This document shows, piece by piece, positions 25,501-40,500 of a stretch of DNA of 64,000 nt. Numbering within the stretch: the stretch's first letter is position 1; every line of letters begins with the position of its first letter. Under the pieces are notes generated by a model. That model had not been told where the DNA came from, ran no database searches, and saw only the letters and a list, made by a program, of their open reading frames with translations. The position numbers and the translations under genes were made by a program. The stretch is from NCBI GenBank assembly GCA_964057225.1, contig OZ059897.1, positions 2,108,001-2,172,000 on the forward strand, written 5' to 3'. The DNA is from Auanema rhodensis (Eukaryota; Animalia; Nematoda).

Positions 25501-28500
25501 CAAAATGTTTTTGGAAGCAATGTTGAGTGTACATGGGAACTCAACATACACTAATGCATTATTTTTCAAACGATCATAACTAATTTTTGTAAATAGCGTT
25601 TCTCAAGGTAGTATAGTGCATTCGATGCGGATTTTTAAGCTGTGTCGATCTGTGTTATCAGATTTGAGTTAGCTTAAAAATGCACCGAGATATCAACTGA
25701 TATATGTTCACACTTATATCCTCGATTTTCACCCTGAAGAAATGATTTTTTGGTTGAAAAACATTGTCCATCGTCTTCGTCTTGAAAAAAGGAATCTAAA
25801 AACACCTACTTCTTGTGAAATTATTTAGAAATTTTTCGGGAAAATTTTTGTCAAAATGTTTTTGGAAGCAATGTTGAGTGTACATGGGAACTCAACATAC
25901 ACTAATGCATTATTTTTCAAACGATCATAACTAATTTCTGTAAATAGCGTTTCTCAATGTAGTATAGTGCATTCGATGTGGATTTTTAAGCTGCGTCGAT
26001 CTGTGTTATCAGATTTGAGTTAGCTTAAAAATGCACCGAGATATCAACTGATATATGTTCACACTTATATCCTCGATTTTCACCCTGAAGAAATGATTTT
26101 TTCGTTGAATAACATTGTCCATCGTCTTCGTCTTGAAAAAAGGAATCTAAAAACATCTACTTTTTGTGAAATTATTTAGAAATTTTTCGGGAAAATTTTT
26201 GTCAAAATGTTTTTGGAAGCAATGTTGAGTGTACATGGGAACTCAACATACACTAATGCATTATTTTTCAAACGATCATAACTTATTTTTGTATAGAGCG
26301 TTTCTCAATGTAGTATAGTGCATTCGATGGGGATTTTTAAGCTGCGTCGATCTGTGTTATCAGATTTGAGTTAGCTTAAAAATGCACCGAGATATCAACT
26401 GATATATGTTCACACTTATATCCTCGATTTTCACCCTGAAGAAATGATTTTTTCGGTGAATAACATTGTCCATCGTCTCTGTCTTGAAAAAAGGAATCTA
26501 AAAACATCTACTTTTTGTGAAATTATTTGGAATTTTTCGAGAAAATTTTTGTCAAAATGTTTTTGGAAGCAATGTTGAGTGTACATGGGAACTCAACATA
26601 CACTAATGCATTATTTTTCAAACGATCATAACTTATTTTTGTATAGAGCGTTTCTCAATGTAGTATAGTGCATTCGATGCGGATTTTTAAGCTGCGTTGA
26701 TCTGTGTTATCAGATTTGAGTTAACTTAAAAATGCACCGAGATATCAACTGATATAGGTTCACACTTATATCCTCGATTTTCACCCTGAAGAAGTAGTTT
26801 TTTCGTTGAAAAACATTGTCCATCGTCTTCGTCATGAAAAAAGGAATCTAAAAATATCTACTTTTTAAGAAATTATATAGAAATTTTTCGGGAAAATTTT
26901 TGTCAAAATGTTTTTGGAAGCAATGTTGAGTGTACATGGGAACTCAACATACACTAATGCATTATTTTTCAAACGATCATAACTTATTTTTGTATAGAGC
27001 GTTTCTCAATGTAGTATAGTGCATTCGATGCGGATTTTTAAGTTGCGTTGATCTGTGTTATCAGATTTGAGTTAGCTTAAAAATGCACCGAGATATCAAC
27101 TGATATATGTTCACACTTATATCCTCGATTTTCACCCTGAAGAAATGATTTTTTCGTTGAATAACATTGTCCATCGTCTCTGTCTTGAAAAAAGGAATCT
27201 AAAAACATCTACTTTTTGTGAAATTATTTAGAAATTTTTCGGGAAAATTTTTGTCAAAATGTTTTTGGAAGCAATGTTGAGTGTACATGGGAACTCAACA
27301 TACACTAATGCATTATTTTTCAAACGATCATAACTAATTTTTGTATAGAGCGTTTCTCAATGTAGTATAGTGCATTCGATGCGGATTTTTAAGCTGCGTC
27401 GATCTGTGTTATCAGATTTGAGTTAGCTTAAAAATGCACCGAGATATCAACTGATATATGTTCACACTTATATCCTCGATTTTCACCCTGAAGAAATAGT
27501 TTTTTCGTTGAAAAACATTGTCCATCGTCTTTGCCTTGAAAAAAGGAATCTAAAAACATCTACTTTTTGTGAAATTATTTAGAAATTTTTCGGGAAAATT
27601 TTTGTCAAAATGTTTTTGGAAGCAATGTTGAGTGTACATGGGAACTCAACATACACTAATGCATTATTTTTCAAACGATCATAACTAATTTTTGTATAGA
27701 GCGTTTCTCAATGTAGTATAGTGCATTCGATGCGGATTTTTAAGCTGCGTTGATCTGTGTGATCAGATTTGAGTTAACTTAAAAATGCACCGAGATATCA
27801 ACTGATATAGGTTCACACTTATATCCTCGATTTTCACCCTGAAGAAGTAGTTTTTTCGTTGAAAAACATTGTCCATCGTCTTCGTCATGAAAAAAGGAAT
27901 CTAAAAATATCTACTTTTTAAGAAATTATATAGAAATTTTTCGGGAAAATTTTTGTCAAAATGTTTTTGGAAGCAATGTTGAGTGTACATGGGAACTCAA
28001 CATACACTAATGCATTATTTTTCAAACGATCATAACTTATTTTTGTATAGAGCGTTTCTCAATGTAGTATAGTGCATTCGATGCGGATTTTTAAGTTGCG
28101 TTGATCTGTGTTATCAGATTTGAGTTAGCTTAAAAATGCACCGAGATATCAACTGATTTATGTTCACACTTATATCCTCGATTTTCACCCTGAAGAAATG
28201 ATTTTTTCGTTGAATAACATTGTCCATCATCTTCGTCTTGAAAAAAGGAATCCAAAAACATCTACTTTTTGTGAAATTATTTAGAAATTTTTCGGGAAAA
28301 TTTTTGTCAAAATGTTTTTGGAAGCAATGTTGAGTGTACATGGGAACTCAACATACACTAATGCATTATTTTTCAAACGATCATAACTTATTTTTGTATA
28401 GAGCGTTTCTCAATGTAGTATAGTGCATTCGATGCGGATTTTTAAGCTGCGTCGATCTGTGTTATCAGATTTGAGTTAGCTTAAAAATGCACCGAGATAT

Positions 28501-31500
28501 CAACTGATATATGTTCACACTTATATCCTCGACTTTCACCCTGAAGAAATGATTTTTTCGTTGAATAACATTGTCCATCGTCTTCGTCTTGAAAAAAGGA
28601 ATCTAAAAACATCTACTTTTTGTGAAATTATTTAGAAATTTTTCGGGAAAATTTTTGTCAAAATGTTTTTGGAAGCAATGTTGAGTGTACATGGGAACTC
28701 AACATACACTAATGCATTATTTTTCAAACGATCATAACTAATTTTTGTAAATAGCGTTTCTCAAGGTAGTATAGTGCATTCGATGCGGATTTTTAAGCTG
28801 CCTCGATCTGTGTTATCAGATTTGAGCTAGCTTAAAAATGCACCGAGATATCAACTGATATATGTTCACACTTATATCCTCGATTTTCACCCTGAAGAAA
28901 TGATTTTTTCGTTGAATAACATTGTCCATCGTCTTCGTCTTGAAAAAAGGAATCTAAAAACATCTACTTTTTGTGAAATTATTTAGAAATTTTTCGGGAA
29001 AATTTTTGTCAAAATGTTTTTGGAAGCAATGTTGAGTGTACATGGGAACTCAACATACACTAATGCATTATTTTTCAAACGATCATAACTAATTTTTGTA
29101 AATAGCGTTTCTCAAGGTAGTATAGTGCATTCGATGCGGATTTTTAAGCTGTGTCGATCTGTGTTATCAGATTTGAGTTAGCTTAAAAATGCACCGAGAT
29201 ATCAACTGATATATGTTCACACTTATATCCTCGATTTTCACCCTGAAGAAATGATTTTTTGGTTGAAAAACATTGTCCATCGTCTTCGTCTTGAAAAAAG
29301 GAATCTAAAAACACCTACTTCTTGTGAAATTATTTAGAAATTTTTCGGGAAAATTTTTGTCAAAATGTTTTTGGAAGCAATGTTGAGTGTACATGGGAAC
29401 TCAACATACACTAATGCATTATTTTTCAAACGATCATAACTAATTTCTGTAAATAGCGTTTCTCAATGTAGTATAGTGCATTCGATGCGGATTTTTAAGC
29501 TGCGTCGATCTGTGTTATCAGATTTGAGTTAGCTTAAAAATGCACCGAGATATCAACTGATATATGTTCACACTTATATCCTCGATTTTCACCCTGAAGA
29601 AATAGTTTTTTCGTTGAAAAACATTGTCCATCGTCTTTGCCTTGAAAAAAGGAATCTAAAAACATCTACTTTTTGTGAAATTATTTAGAAATTTTTTGGG
29701 AAAATTTTTGTCAAAATGTTTTTGGAAGCAATGTTGAGTGTACATGGGAACTCAACATACACTAATGCATTATTTTTCAAACGATCATAACTTATTTTTG
29801 TATAGAGCGTTTCTCAATGTAGTATAGTGCATTCGATGCGGATTTTTAAGCTGCGTCGATCTGTGTTATCAGATTTGAGTTAGCTTAAAAATGCACCGAG
29901 ATATCAACTGATATATGTTCACACTTATATCCTCGACTTTCACCCTGAAGAAATGATTTTTTCGTTGAATAACATTGTCCATCGTCTTCGTCTTGAAAAA
30001 AGGAATCTAAAAACATCTACTTTTTGTGAAATTATTTAGAAATTTTTCGGGAAAATTTTTGTCAAAATGTTTTTGGAAGCAATGTTGAGTGTACATGGGA
30101 ACTCAACATACACTAATGCATTATTTTTCAAACGATCATAACTAATTTTTGTATAGAGCGTTTCTCAATGTAGTATAGTGCATTCGATGCGGATTTTTAA
30201 GCTGCGTTGATCTGTGTTATCAGATTTGAGTTAACTTAAAAATGCACCGAGATATCAACTGATATAGGTTCACACTTATATCCTCGATTTTCACCCTGAA
30301 GAAGTAGTTTTTTCGTTGAAAAACATTGTCCATCGTCTTCGTCATGAAAAAAGGAATCTAAAAACATCTACTTTTTAAGAAATTATATAGAAATTTTTCG
30401 GGAAAATTTTTGTCAAAATGTTTTTGGAAGCAATGTTGAGTGTACATGGGAACTCAACATACACTAATGCATTATTTTTCAAACGATCATAACTAATTTT
30501 TGTAAATAGCGTTTCTCAAGGTAGTATAGTGCATTCGATGCGGATTTTTAAGCTGCGTCGATCTGTGTTATCAGATTTGAGTTAGCTTAAAAATGCACCG
30601 AGATATCAACTGATATATGTTCACACTTATATCCTCGATTTTCACCCTGAAGAAATGATTTTTTGGTTGAAAAACATTGTCCATCGTCTTCGTCTTGAAA
30701 AAAGGAATCTAAAAACACCTACTTCTTGTGAAATTATTTAGAAATTTTTCGGGAAAATTTTTGTCAAAATGTTTTTGGAAGCAATGTTGAGTGTACATGG
30801 GAACTCAACATACACTAATGCATTATTTTTCAAACGATCATAACTAATTTCTGTAAATAGCGTTTCTCAATGTAGTATAGTGCATTCGATGCGGATTTTT
30901 AAGCTGCGTCGATCTGTGTTATCAGATTTGAGTTAGCTTAAAAATGCACCGAGATATCAACTGATATATGTTCACACTTATATCCTCGATTTTCACCCTG
31001 AAGAAATAGTTTTTTCGTTGAAAAACATTGTCCATCGTCTTTGCCTTGAAAAAAGGAATCTAAAAACATCTACTTTTTGTGAAATTATTTAGAAATTTTT
31101 CAGGAAAATTTTTGTCAAAATGTTTTTGGAAGCAATGTTGAGTGTACATGGGAACTCAACATACACTAATGCATTATTTTTCAAACGATCATAACTTATT
31201 TTTGTATAGAGCGTTTCTCAATGTAGTATAGTGCATTCGATGCGGATTTTTAAGCTGCGTCGATCTGTGTTATCAGATTTGAGTTAGCTTAAAAATGCAC
31301 CGAGATATCAACTGATATATGTTCACACTTATATCCTCGATTTTCACCCTGAAGAAATGATTTTTTCGTTGAATAACATTGTCCATCGTCTCTGTCTTGA
31401 AAAAAGGAATCTAAAAACATCTACTTTTTGTGAAATTATTTAGAAATTTTTCGGGAAAATTTTTGTCAAAATGTTTTTGGAAGCAATGTTGAGTGTACAT

Positions 31501-34500
31501 GGGAACTCAACATACACTAATGCATTATTTTTCAAACGATCATAACTAATTTTTGTATAGAGCGTTTCTCAATGTAGTATAGTGCATTCGATGCGGATTT
31601 TTAAGCTGCGTTGATCTGTGTTATCAGATTTGAGTTAACTTAAAAATGCACCGAGATATCAACTGATATAGGTTCACACTTATATCCTCGATTTTCACCC
31701 TGAAGAAGTAGTTTTTTCGTTGAAAAACATTGTCCATCGTCTTCGTCATGAAAAAAGGAATCTAAAAATATCTACTTTTTAAGAAATTATATAGAAATTT
31801 TTCGGGAATATTTTTGTCAAAATGTTTTTGGAAGCAATGTTGAGTGTACATGGGAACTCAACATACACTAATGCATTATTTTTCAAACGATCATAACTTA
31901 TTTTTGTATAGAGCGTTTCTCAATGTAGTATAGTGCATTCGATGCGGATTTTTAAGTTGCGTTGATCTGTGTTATCAGATTTGAGTTAGCTTAAAAATGC
32001 ACCGAGATATCAACTGATTTATGTTCACACGTATATCCTCGATTTTCACCCTGAAGAAATGATTTTTTCGTTGAATAACATTGTCCATCATCTTCGTCTT
32101 GAAAAAAGAAATCCAAAAACATCTACTTTTTGTGAAATTATTTAGAAATTTTTCGGGAAAATTTTTGTCAAAATGTTTTTGGAAGCAATGTTGAGTGTAC
32201 ATGGGAACTCAACATACACTAATGCATTATTTTTCAAACGATCATAACTAATTTTTGTAAATAGCGTTTCTCAAGGTAGTATAGTGCATTCGATGCGGAT
32301 TTTTAAGCTGCGTCGATCTGTGTTATCAGATTTGAGCTAGCTTAAAAATGCACCGAGATATCAACTGATATATGTTCACACTTATATCCTCGATTTTCAC
32401 CCTGAAGAAATGATTTTTTCGTTGAATAACATTGTCCATCGTCTTCGTCTTGAAAAAAGGAATCTAAAAACATCTACTTTTTGTGAAATTATTTAGAAAT
32501 TTTTCGGGAAAATTTTTGTCAAAATGTTTTTGGAAGCAATGTTGAGTGTACATGGGAACTCAACATACACTAATGCATTATTTTTCAAACGATCATAACT
32601 AATTTTTGTAAATAGCGTTTCTCAAGGTAGTATAGTGCATTCGATGCGGATTTTTAAGCTGTGTCGATCTGTGTTATCAGATTTGAGTTAGCTTAAAAAT
32701 GCACCGAGATATCAACTGATATATGTTCACACTTATATCCTCGATTTTCACCCTGAAGAAATGATTTTTTGGTTGAAAAACATTGTCCATCGTCTTCGTC
32801 TTGAAAAAAGGAATCTAAAAACACCTACTTCTTGTGAAATTATTTAGAAATTTTTCGGGAAAATTTTTGTCAAAATGTTTTTGGAAGCAATGTTGAGTGT
32901 ACATGGGAACTCAACATACACTAATGCATTATTTTTCAAACGATCATAACTAATTTCTGTAAATAGCGTTTCTCAATGTAGTATAGTGCATTCGATGCGG
33001 ATTTTTAAGCTGCGTCGATCTGTGTTATCAGATTTGAGTTAGCTTAAAAATGCACCGAGATATCAACTGATATATGTTCACACTTATATCCTCGATTTTC
33101 ACCCTGAAGAAATAGTTTTTTCGTTGAAAAACATTGTCCATCGTCTTTGCCTTGAAAAAAGGAATCTAAAAACATCTACTTTTTGTGAAATTATTTAGAA
33201 ATTTTTTGGGAAAATTTTTGTCAAAATGTTTTTGGAAGCAATGTTGAGTGTACATGGGAACTCAACATACACTAATGCATTATTTTTCAAACGATCATAA
33301 CTAATTTTTGTAAATAGCGTTTCTCAAGGTAGTATAGTGCATTCGATGCGGATTTTTAAGCTGCGTCGATCTGTGTTATCAGATTTGAGTTATCTTAAAA
33401 ATGCACCGAGATATCAACTGATATATGTTCACACTTATATCCTCGATTTTCACCCTGAAGAAATGATTTTTTCGTTGAATAACATTGTCCATCGTCTTTG
33501 CCTTGAAAAAAGGAATCTAAAAACATCTACTTTTTGTGAAATTATTTAGAAATTTTTTGGGAAAATTTTTGTCAAAATGTTTTTGGAAGCAATGTTGAGT
33601 GTACATGGGAACTCAACATACACTAATGCATTATTTTTCAAACGATCATAACTAATTTTTGTATAGAGCGTTTCTCAATGTAGTATAGTGCATTCGATGC
33701 GGATTTTTAAGCTGCGTTGATCTGTGTTATCAGATTTGAGTTATCTTAAAAATGCACCGAGATATCAACTGATATATGTTCACACTTATATCCTCGATTT
33801 TCACCCTGAAGAAATGATTTTTTCGTTGAATAACATTGTCCATCGTCTTCGTCTTGAAAAAAGGAATCTAAAAACATCTACTTTTTGTGAAATTATTTAG
33901 AAATTTTTCGGGAAAATTTTTGTCAAAATGTTTTTGGAAGCAATGTTGAGTGTACATGGGAACTCAACATACACTAATGCATTATTTTTCAAACGATCAT
34001 AACTAATTTTTGTAAATAGCGTTTCTCAAGGTAGTATAGTGCATTCGATGCGGATTTTTAAGCTGTGTCGATCTGTGTTATCAGATTTGAGTTAGCTTAA
34101 AAATGCACCGAGATATCAACTGATATATGTTCACACTTATATCCTCGATTTTCACCCTGAAGAAATGATTTTTTGGTTGAAAAACATTGTCCATCGTCTT
34201 CGTCTTGAAAAAAGGAATCTAAAAACACCTACTTCTTGTGAAATTATTTAGAAATTTTTCGGGAAAATTTTTGTCAAAATGTTTTTGGAAGCAATGTTGA
34301 GTGTACATGGGAACTCAACATACACTAATGCATTATTTTTCAAACGATCATAACTAATTTCTGTAAATAGCGTTTCTCAATGTAGTATAGTGCATTCGAT
34401 GCGGATTTTTAAGCTGCGTCGATCTGTGTTATCAGATTTGAGTTAGCTTAAAAATGCACCGAGATATCAACTGATATATGTTCACACTTATATCCTCGAT

Positions 34501-37500
34501 TTTCACCCTGAAGAAATAGTTTTTTCGTTGAAAAACATTGTCCATCGTCTTTGCCTTGAAAAAAGGAATCTAAAAACATCTACTTTTTGTGAAATTATTT
34601 AGAAATTTTTTGGGAAAATTTTTGTCAAAATGTTTTTGGAAGCAATGTTGAGTGTACATGGGAACTCAACATACACTAATGCATTATTTTTCAAACGATC
34701 ATAACTTATTTTTGTATAGAGCGTTTCTCAATGTAGTATAGTGCATTCGATGCGGATTTTTAAGCTGCGTCGATCTGTGTTATCAGATTTGAGTTAGCTT
34801 AAAAATGCACCGAGATATCAACTGATATATGTTCACACTTATATCCTCGACTTTCACCCTGAAGAAATGATTTTTTCGTTGAATAACATTGTCCATCGTC
34901 TTCGTCTTGAAAAAAGGAATCTAAAAACATCTACTTTTTGTGAAATTATTTAGAAATTTTTCGGGAAAATTTTTGTCAAAATGTTTTTGGAAGCAATGTT
35001 GAGTGTACATGGGAACTCAACATACACTAATGCATTATTTTTCAAACGATCATAACTTATTTTTGTATAGAGCGTTTCTCAATGTAGTATAGTGCATTCG
35101 ATGCGGATTTTTAAGCTGCGTCGATCTGTGTTATCAGATTTGAGTTAGCTTAAAAATGCACCGAGATATCAACTGATATATGTTCACACTTATATCCTCG
35201 ATTTTCACCCTGAAGAAATGATTTTTTCGTTGAATAACATTGTCCATCGTCTTCGTCTTGAAAAAAGGAATCTAAAAACATCTACTTTTTGTGAAATTAT
35301 TTAGAAATTTTTCGGGAAAATTTTTGTCAAAATGTTTTTGGAAGCAATGTTGAGTGTACATGGGAACTCAACATACACTAATGCATTATTTTTCAAACGA
35401 TCATAACTAATTTTTGTATAGAGCGTTTCTCAATGTAGTATAGTGCATTCGATGCGGATTTTTAAGCTGCGTTGATCTGTGTTATCAGATTTGAGTTAAC
35501 TTAAAAATGCACCGAGATATCAACTGATATAGGTTCACACTTATATCCTCGATTTTCACCCTGAAGAAGTAGTTTTTTCGTTGAAAAACATTGTCCATCG
35601 TCTTCGTCATGAAAAAAGGAATCTAAAAACATCTACTTTTTAAGAAATTATATAGAAATTTTTCGGGAAAATTTTTGTCAAAATGTTTTTGGAAGCAATG
35701 TTGAGTGTACATGGGAACTCAACATACACTAATGCATTATTTTTCAAACGATCATAACTAATTTTTGTAAATAGCGTTTCTCAAGGTAGTATAGTGCATT
35801 CGATGCGGATTTTTAAGCTGCGTCGATCTGTGTTATCAGATTTGAGTTAGCTTAAAAATGCACCGAGATATCAACTGATATATGTTCACACTTATATCCT
35901 CGATTTTCACCCTGAAGAAATGATTTTTTGGTTGAAAAACATTGTCCATCGTCTTCGTCTTGAAAAAAGGAATCTAAAAACACCTACTTCTTGTGAAATT
36001 ATTTAGAAATTTTTCGGGAAAATTTTTGTCAAAATGTTTTTGGAAGCAATGTTGAGTGTACATGGGAACTCAACATACACTAATGCATTATTTTTCAAAC
36101 GATCATAACTAATTTCTGTAAATAGCGTTTCTCAATGTAGTATAGTGCATTCGATGCGGATTTTTAAGCTGCGTCGATCTGTGTTATCAGATTTGAGTTA
36201 GCTTAAAAATGCACCGAGATATCAACTGATATATGTTCACACTTATATCCTCGATTTTCACCCTGAAGAAATAGTTTTTTTGTTGAAAAACATTGTCCAT
36301 CGTCTTTGCCTTGAAAAAAGGAATCTAAAAACATCTACTTTTTGTGAAATTATTTAGAAATTTTTCGGGAAAATTTTTGTCAAAATGTTTTTGGAAGCAA
36401 TGTTGAGTGTACATGGGAACTCAACATACACTAATGCATTATTTTTCAAACGATCATAACTTATTTTTGTATAGAGCGTTTCTCAATGTAGTATAGTGCA
36501 TTCGATGCGGATTTTTAAGCTGCGTCGATCTGTGTTATCAGATTTGAGTTAGCTTAAAAATGCACCGAGATATCAACTGATATATGTTCACACTTATATC
36601 CTCGATTTTCACCCTGAAGAAATGATTTTTTCGTTGAATAACATTGTCCATCGTCTCTGTCTTGAAAAAAGGAATCTAAAAACATCTACTTTTTGTGAAA
36701 TTATTTAGAAATTTTTCGGGAAAATTTTTGTCAAAATGTTTTTGGAAGCAATGTTGAGTGTACATGGGAACTCAACATACACTAATGCATTATTTTTCAA
36801 ACGATCATAACTAATTTTTGTATAGAGCGTTTCTCAATGTAGTATAGTGCATTCGATGCGGATTTTTAAGCTGCGTTGATCTGTGTTATCAGATTTGAGT
36901 TAACTTAAAAATGCACCGAGATATCAACTGATATAGGTTCACACTTATATCCTCGATTTTCACCCTGAAGAAGTAGTTTTTTCGTTGAAAAACATTGTCC
37001 ATCGTCTTCGTCATGAAAAAAGGAATCTAAAAATATCTACTTTTTAAGAAATTATATAGAAATTTTTCGGGAAAATTTTTGTCAAAATGTTTTTGGAAGC
37101 AATGTTGAGTGTACATGGGAACTCAACATACACTAATGCATTATTTTTCAAACGATCATAACTTATTTTTGTATAGAGCGTTTCTCAATGTAGTATAGTG
37201 CATTCGATGCGGATTTTTAAGTTGCGTTGATCTGTGTTATCAGATTTGAGTTAGCTTAAAAATGCACCGAGATATCAACTGATTTATGTTCACACGTATA
37301 TCCTCGATTTTCACCCTGAAGAAATGATTTTTTCGTTGAATAACATTGTCCATCATCTTCGTCTTGAAAAAAGGAATCCAAAAACATCTACTTTTTGTGA
37401 AATTATTTAGAAATTTTTCGGGAAAATTTTTGTCAAAATGTTTTTGGAAGCAATGTTGAGTGTACATGGGAACTCAACATACACTAATGCATTATTTTTC

Positions 37501-40500
37501 AAACGATCATAACTTATTTTTGTATAGAGCGTTTCTCAATGTAGTATAGTGCATTCGATGCGGATTTTTAAGCTGCGTCGATCTGTGTTATCAGATTTGA
37601 GTTAGCTTAAAAATGCACCGAGATATCAACTGATATATGTTCACACTTATATCCTCGACTTTCACCCTGAAGAAATGATTTTTTCGTTGAATAACATTGT
37701 CCATCGTCTTCGTCTTGAAAAAAGGAATCTAAAAATATCTACTTTTTAAGAAATTATATAGAAATTTTTCGGGAAAATTTTTGTCAAAATGTTTTTGGAA
37801 GCAATGTTGAGTGTACATGGGAACTCAACATACACTAATGCATTATTTTTCAAACGATCATAACTTATTTTTGTATAGAGCGTTTCTCAATGTAGTATAG
37901 TGCATTCGATGCGGATTTTTAAGTTGCGTTGATCTGTGTTATCAGATTTGAGTTAGCTTAAAAATGCACCGAGATATCAACTGATTTATGTTCACACGTA
38001 TATCCTCGATTTTCACCCTGAAGAAATGATTTTTTCGTTGAATAACATTGTCCATCATCTTCGTCTTGAAAAAAGGAATCCAAAAACATCTACTTTTTGT
38101 GAAATTATTTAGAAATTTTTCGGGAAAATTTTTGTCAAAATGTTTTTGGAAGCAATGTTGAGTGTACATGGGAACTCAACATACACTAATGCATTATTTT
38201 TCAAACGATCATAACTTATTTTTGTATAGAGCGTTTCTCAATGTAGTATAGTGCATTCGATGCGGATTTTTAAGCTGCGTCGATCTGTGTTATCAGATTT
38301 GAGTTAGCTTAAAAATGCACCGAGATATCAACTGATATATGTTCACACTTATATCCTCGACTTTCACCCTGAAGAAATGATTTTTTCGTTGAATAACATT
38401 GTCCATCGTCTTCGTCTTGAAAAAAGGAATCTAAAAACATCTACTTTTTGTGAAATTATTTAGAAATTTTTCGGGAAAATTTTTGTCAAAATGTTTTTGG
38501 AAGCAATGTTGAGTGTACATGGGAACTCAACATACACTAATGCATTATTTTTCAAACGATCATAACTAATTTTTGTAAATAGCGTTTCTCAAGGTAGTAT
38601 AGTGCATTCGATGCGGATTTTTAAGCTGTGTCGATCTGTGTTATCAGATTTGAGTTAGCTTAAAAATGCACCGAGATATCAACTGATATATGTTCACACT
38701 TATATCCTCGATTTTCACCCTGAAGAAATGATTTTTTGGTTGAAAAACATTGTCCATCGTCTTCGTCTTGAAAAAAGGAATCTAAAAACACCTACTTCTT
38801 GTGAAATTATTTAGAAATTTTTCGGGAAAATTTTTGTCAAAATGTTTTTGGAAGCAATGTTGAGTGTACATGGGAACTCAACATACACTAATGCATTATT
38901 TTTCAAACGATCATAACTTATTTTTGTATAGAGCGTTTCTCAATGTAGTATAGTGCATTCGATGCGGATTTTTAAGCTGCGTCGATCTGTGTTATCAGAT
39001 TTGAGTTAGCTTAAAAATGCACCGAGATATCAACTGATATATGTTCACACTTATATCCTCGATTTTCACCCTGAAGAAATGATTTTTTCGTTGAATAACA
39101 TTGTCCATCGTCTTCGTCTTGAAAAAAGGAATCTAAAAACATCTACTTTTTGTGAAATTATTTAGAAATTTTTCGGGAAAATTTTTGTCAAAATGTTTTT
39201 GGAAGCAATGTTGAGTGTACATGGGAACTCAACATACACTAATGCATTATTTTTCAAACGATCATAACTAATTTTTGTATAGAGCGTTTCTCAATGTAGT
39301 ATAGTGCATTCGATGCGGATTTTTAAGCTGCGTTGATCTGTGTTATCAGATTTGAGTTAACTTAAAAATGCACCGAGATATCAACTGATATAGGTTCACA
39401 CTTATATCCTCGATTTTCACCCTGAAGAAGTAGTTTTTTCGTTGAAAAACATTGTCCATCGTCTTCGTCATGAAAAAAGGAATCTAAAAACATCTACTTT
39501 TTAAGAAATTATATAGAAATTTTTCGGGAAAATTTTTGTCAAAATGTTTTTGGAAGCAATGTTGAGTGTACATGGGAACTCAACATACACTAATGCATTA
39601 TTTTTCAAACGATCATAACTAATTTTTGTAAATAGCGTTTCTCAAGGTAGTATAGTGCATTCGATGCGGATTTTTAAGCTGCGTCGATCTGTGTTATCAG
39701 ATTTGAGTTAGCTTAAAAATGCACCGAGATATCAACTGATATATGTTCACACTTATATCCTCGACTTTCACCCTGAAGAAATGATTTTTTCGTTGAATAA
39801 CATTGTCCATCGTCTTCGTTTTGGAAAAAGGAATCTAAAAACACCTACTTCTTGTGAAATTATTTAGAAATTTTTCGGGAAAATTTTTGTCAAAATGTTT
39901 TTGGAAGCAATGTTGAGTGTACATGGGAACTCAACATACACTAATGCATTATTTTTCAAACGATCATAACTAATTTCTGTAAATAGCGTTTCTCAATGTA
40001 GTATAGTGCATTCGATGCGGATTTTTAAGCTGCGTCGATCTGTGTTATCAGATTTGAGTTAGCTTAAAAATGCACCGAGATATCAACTGATATATGTTCA
40101 CACTTATATCCTCGATTTTCACCCTGAAGAAATGATTTTTTGGTTGAAAAACATTGTCCATCGTCTTCGTCTTGAAAAAAGGAATCTAAAAACACCTACT
40201 TCTTGTGAAATTATTTAGAAATTTTTCGGGAAAATTTTTGTCAAAATGTTTTTGGAAGCAATGTTGAGTGTACATGGGAACTCAACATACACTAATGCAT
40301 TATTTTTCAAACGATCATAACTTATTTTTGTATAGAGCGTTTCTCAATGTAGTATAGTGCATTCGATGCGGATTTTTAAGCTGCGTCGATCTGTGTTATC
40401 AGATTTGAGTTAGCTTAAAAATGCACCGAGATATCAACTGATATATGTTCACACTTATATCCTCGATTTTCACCCTGAAGAAATGATTTTTTCGTTGAAT

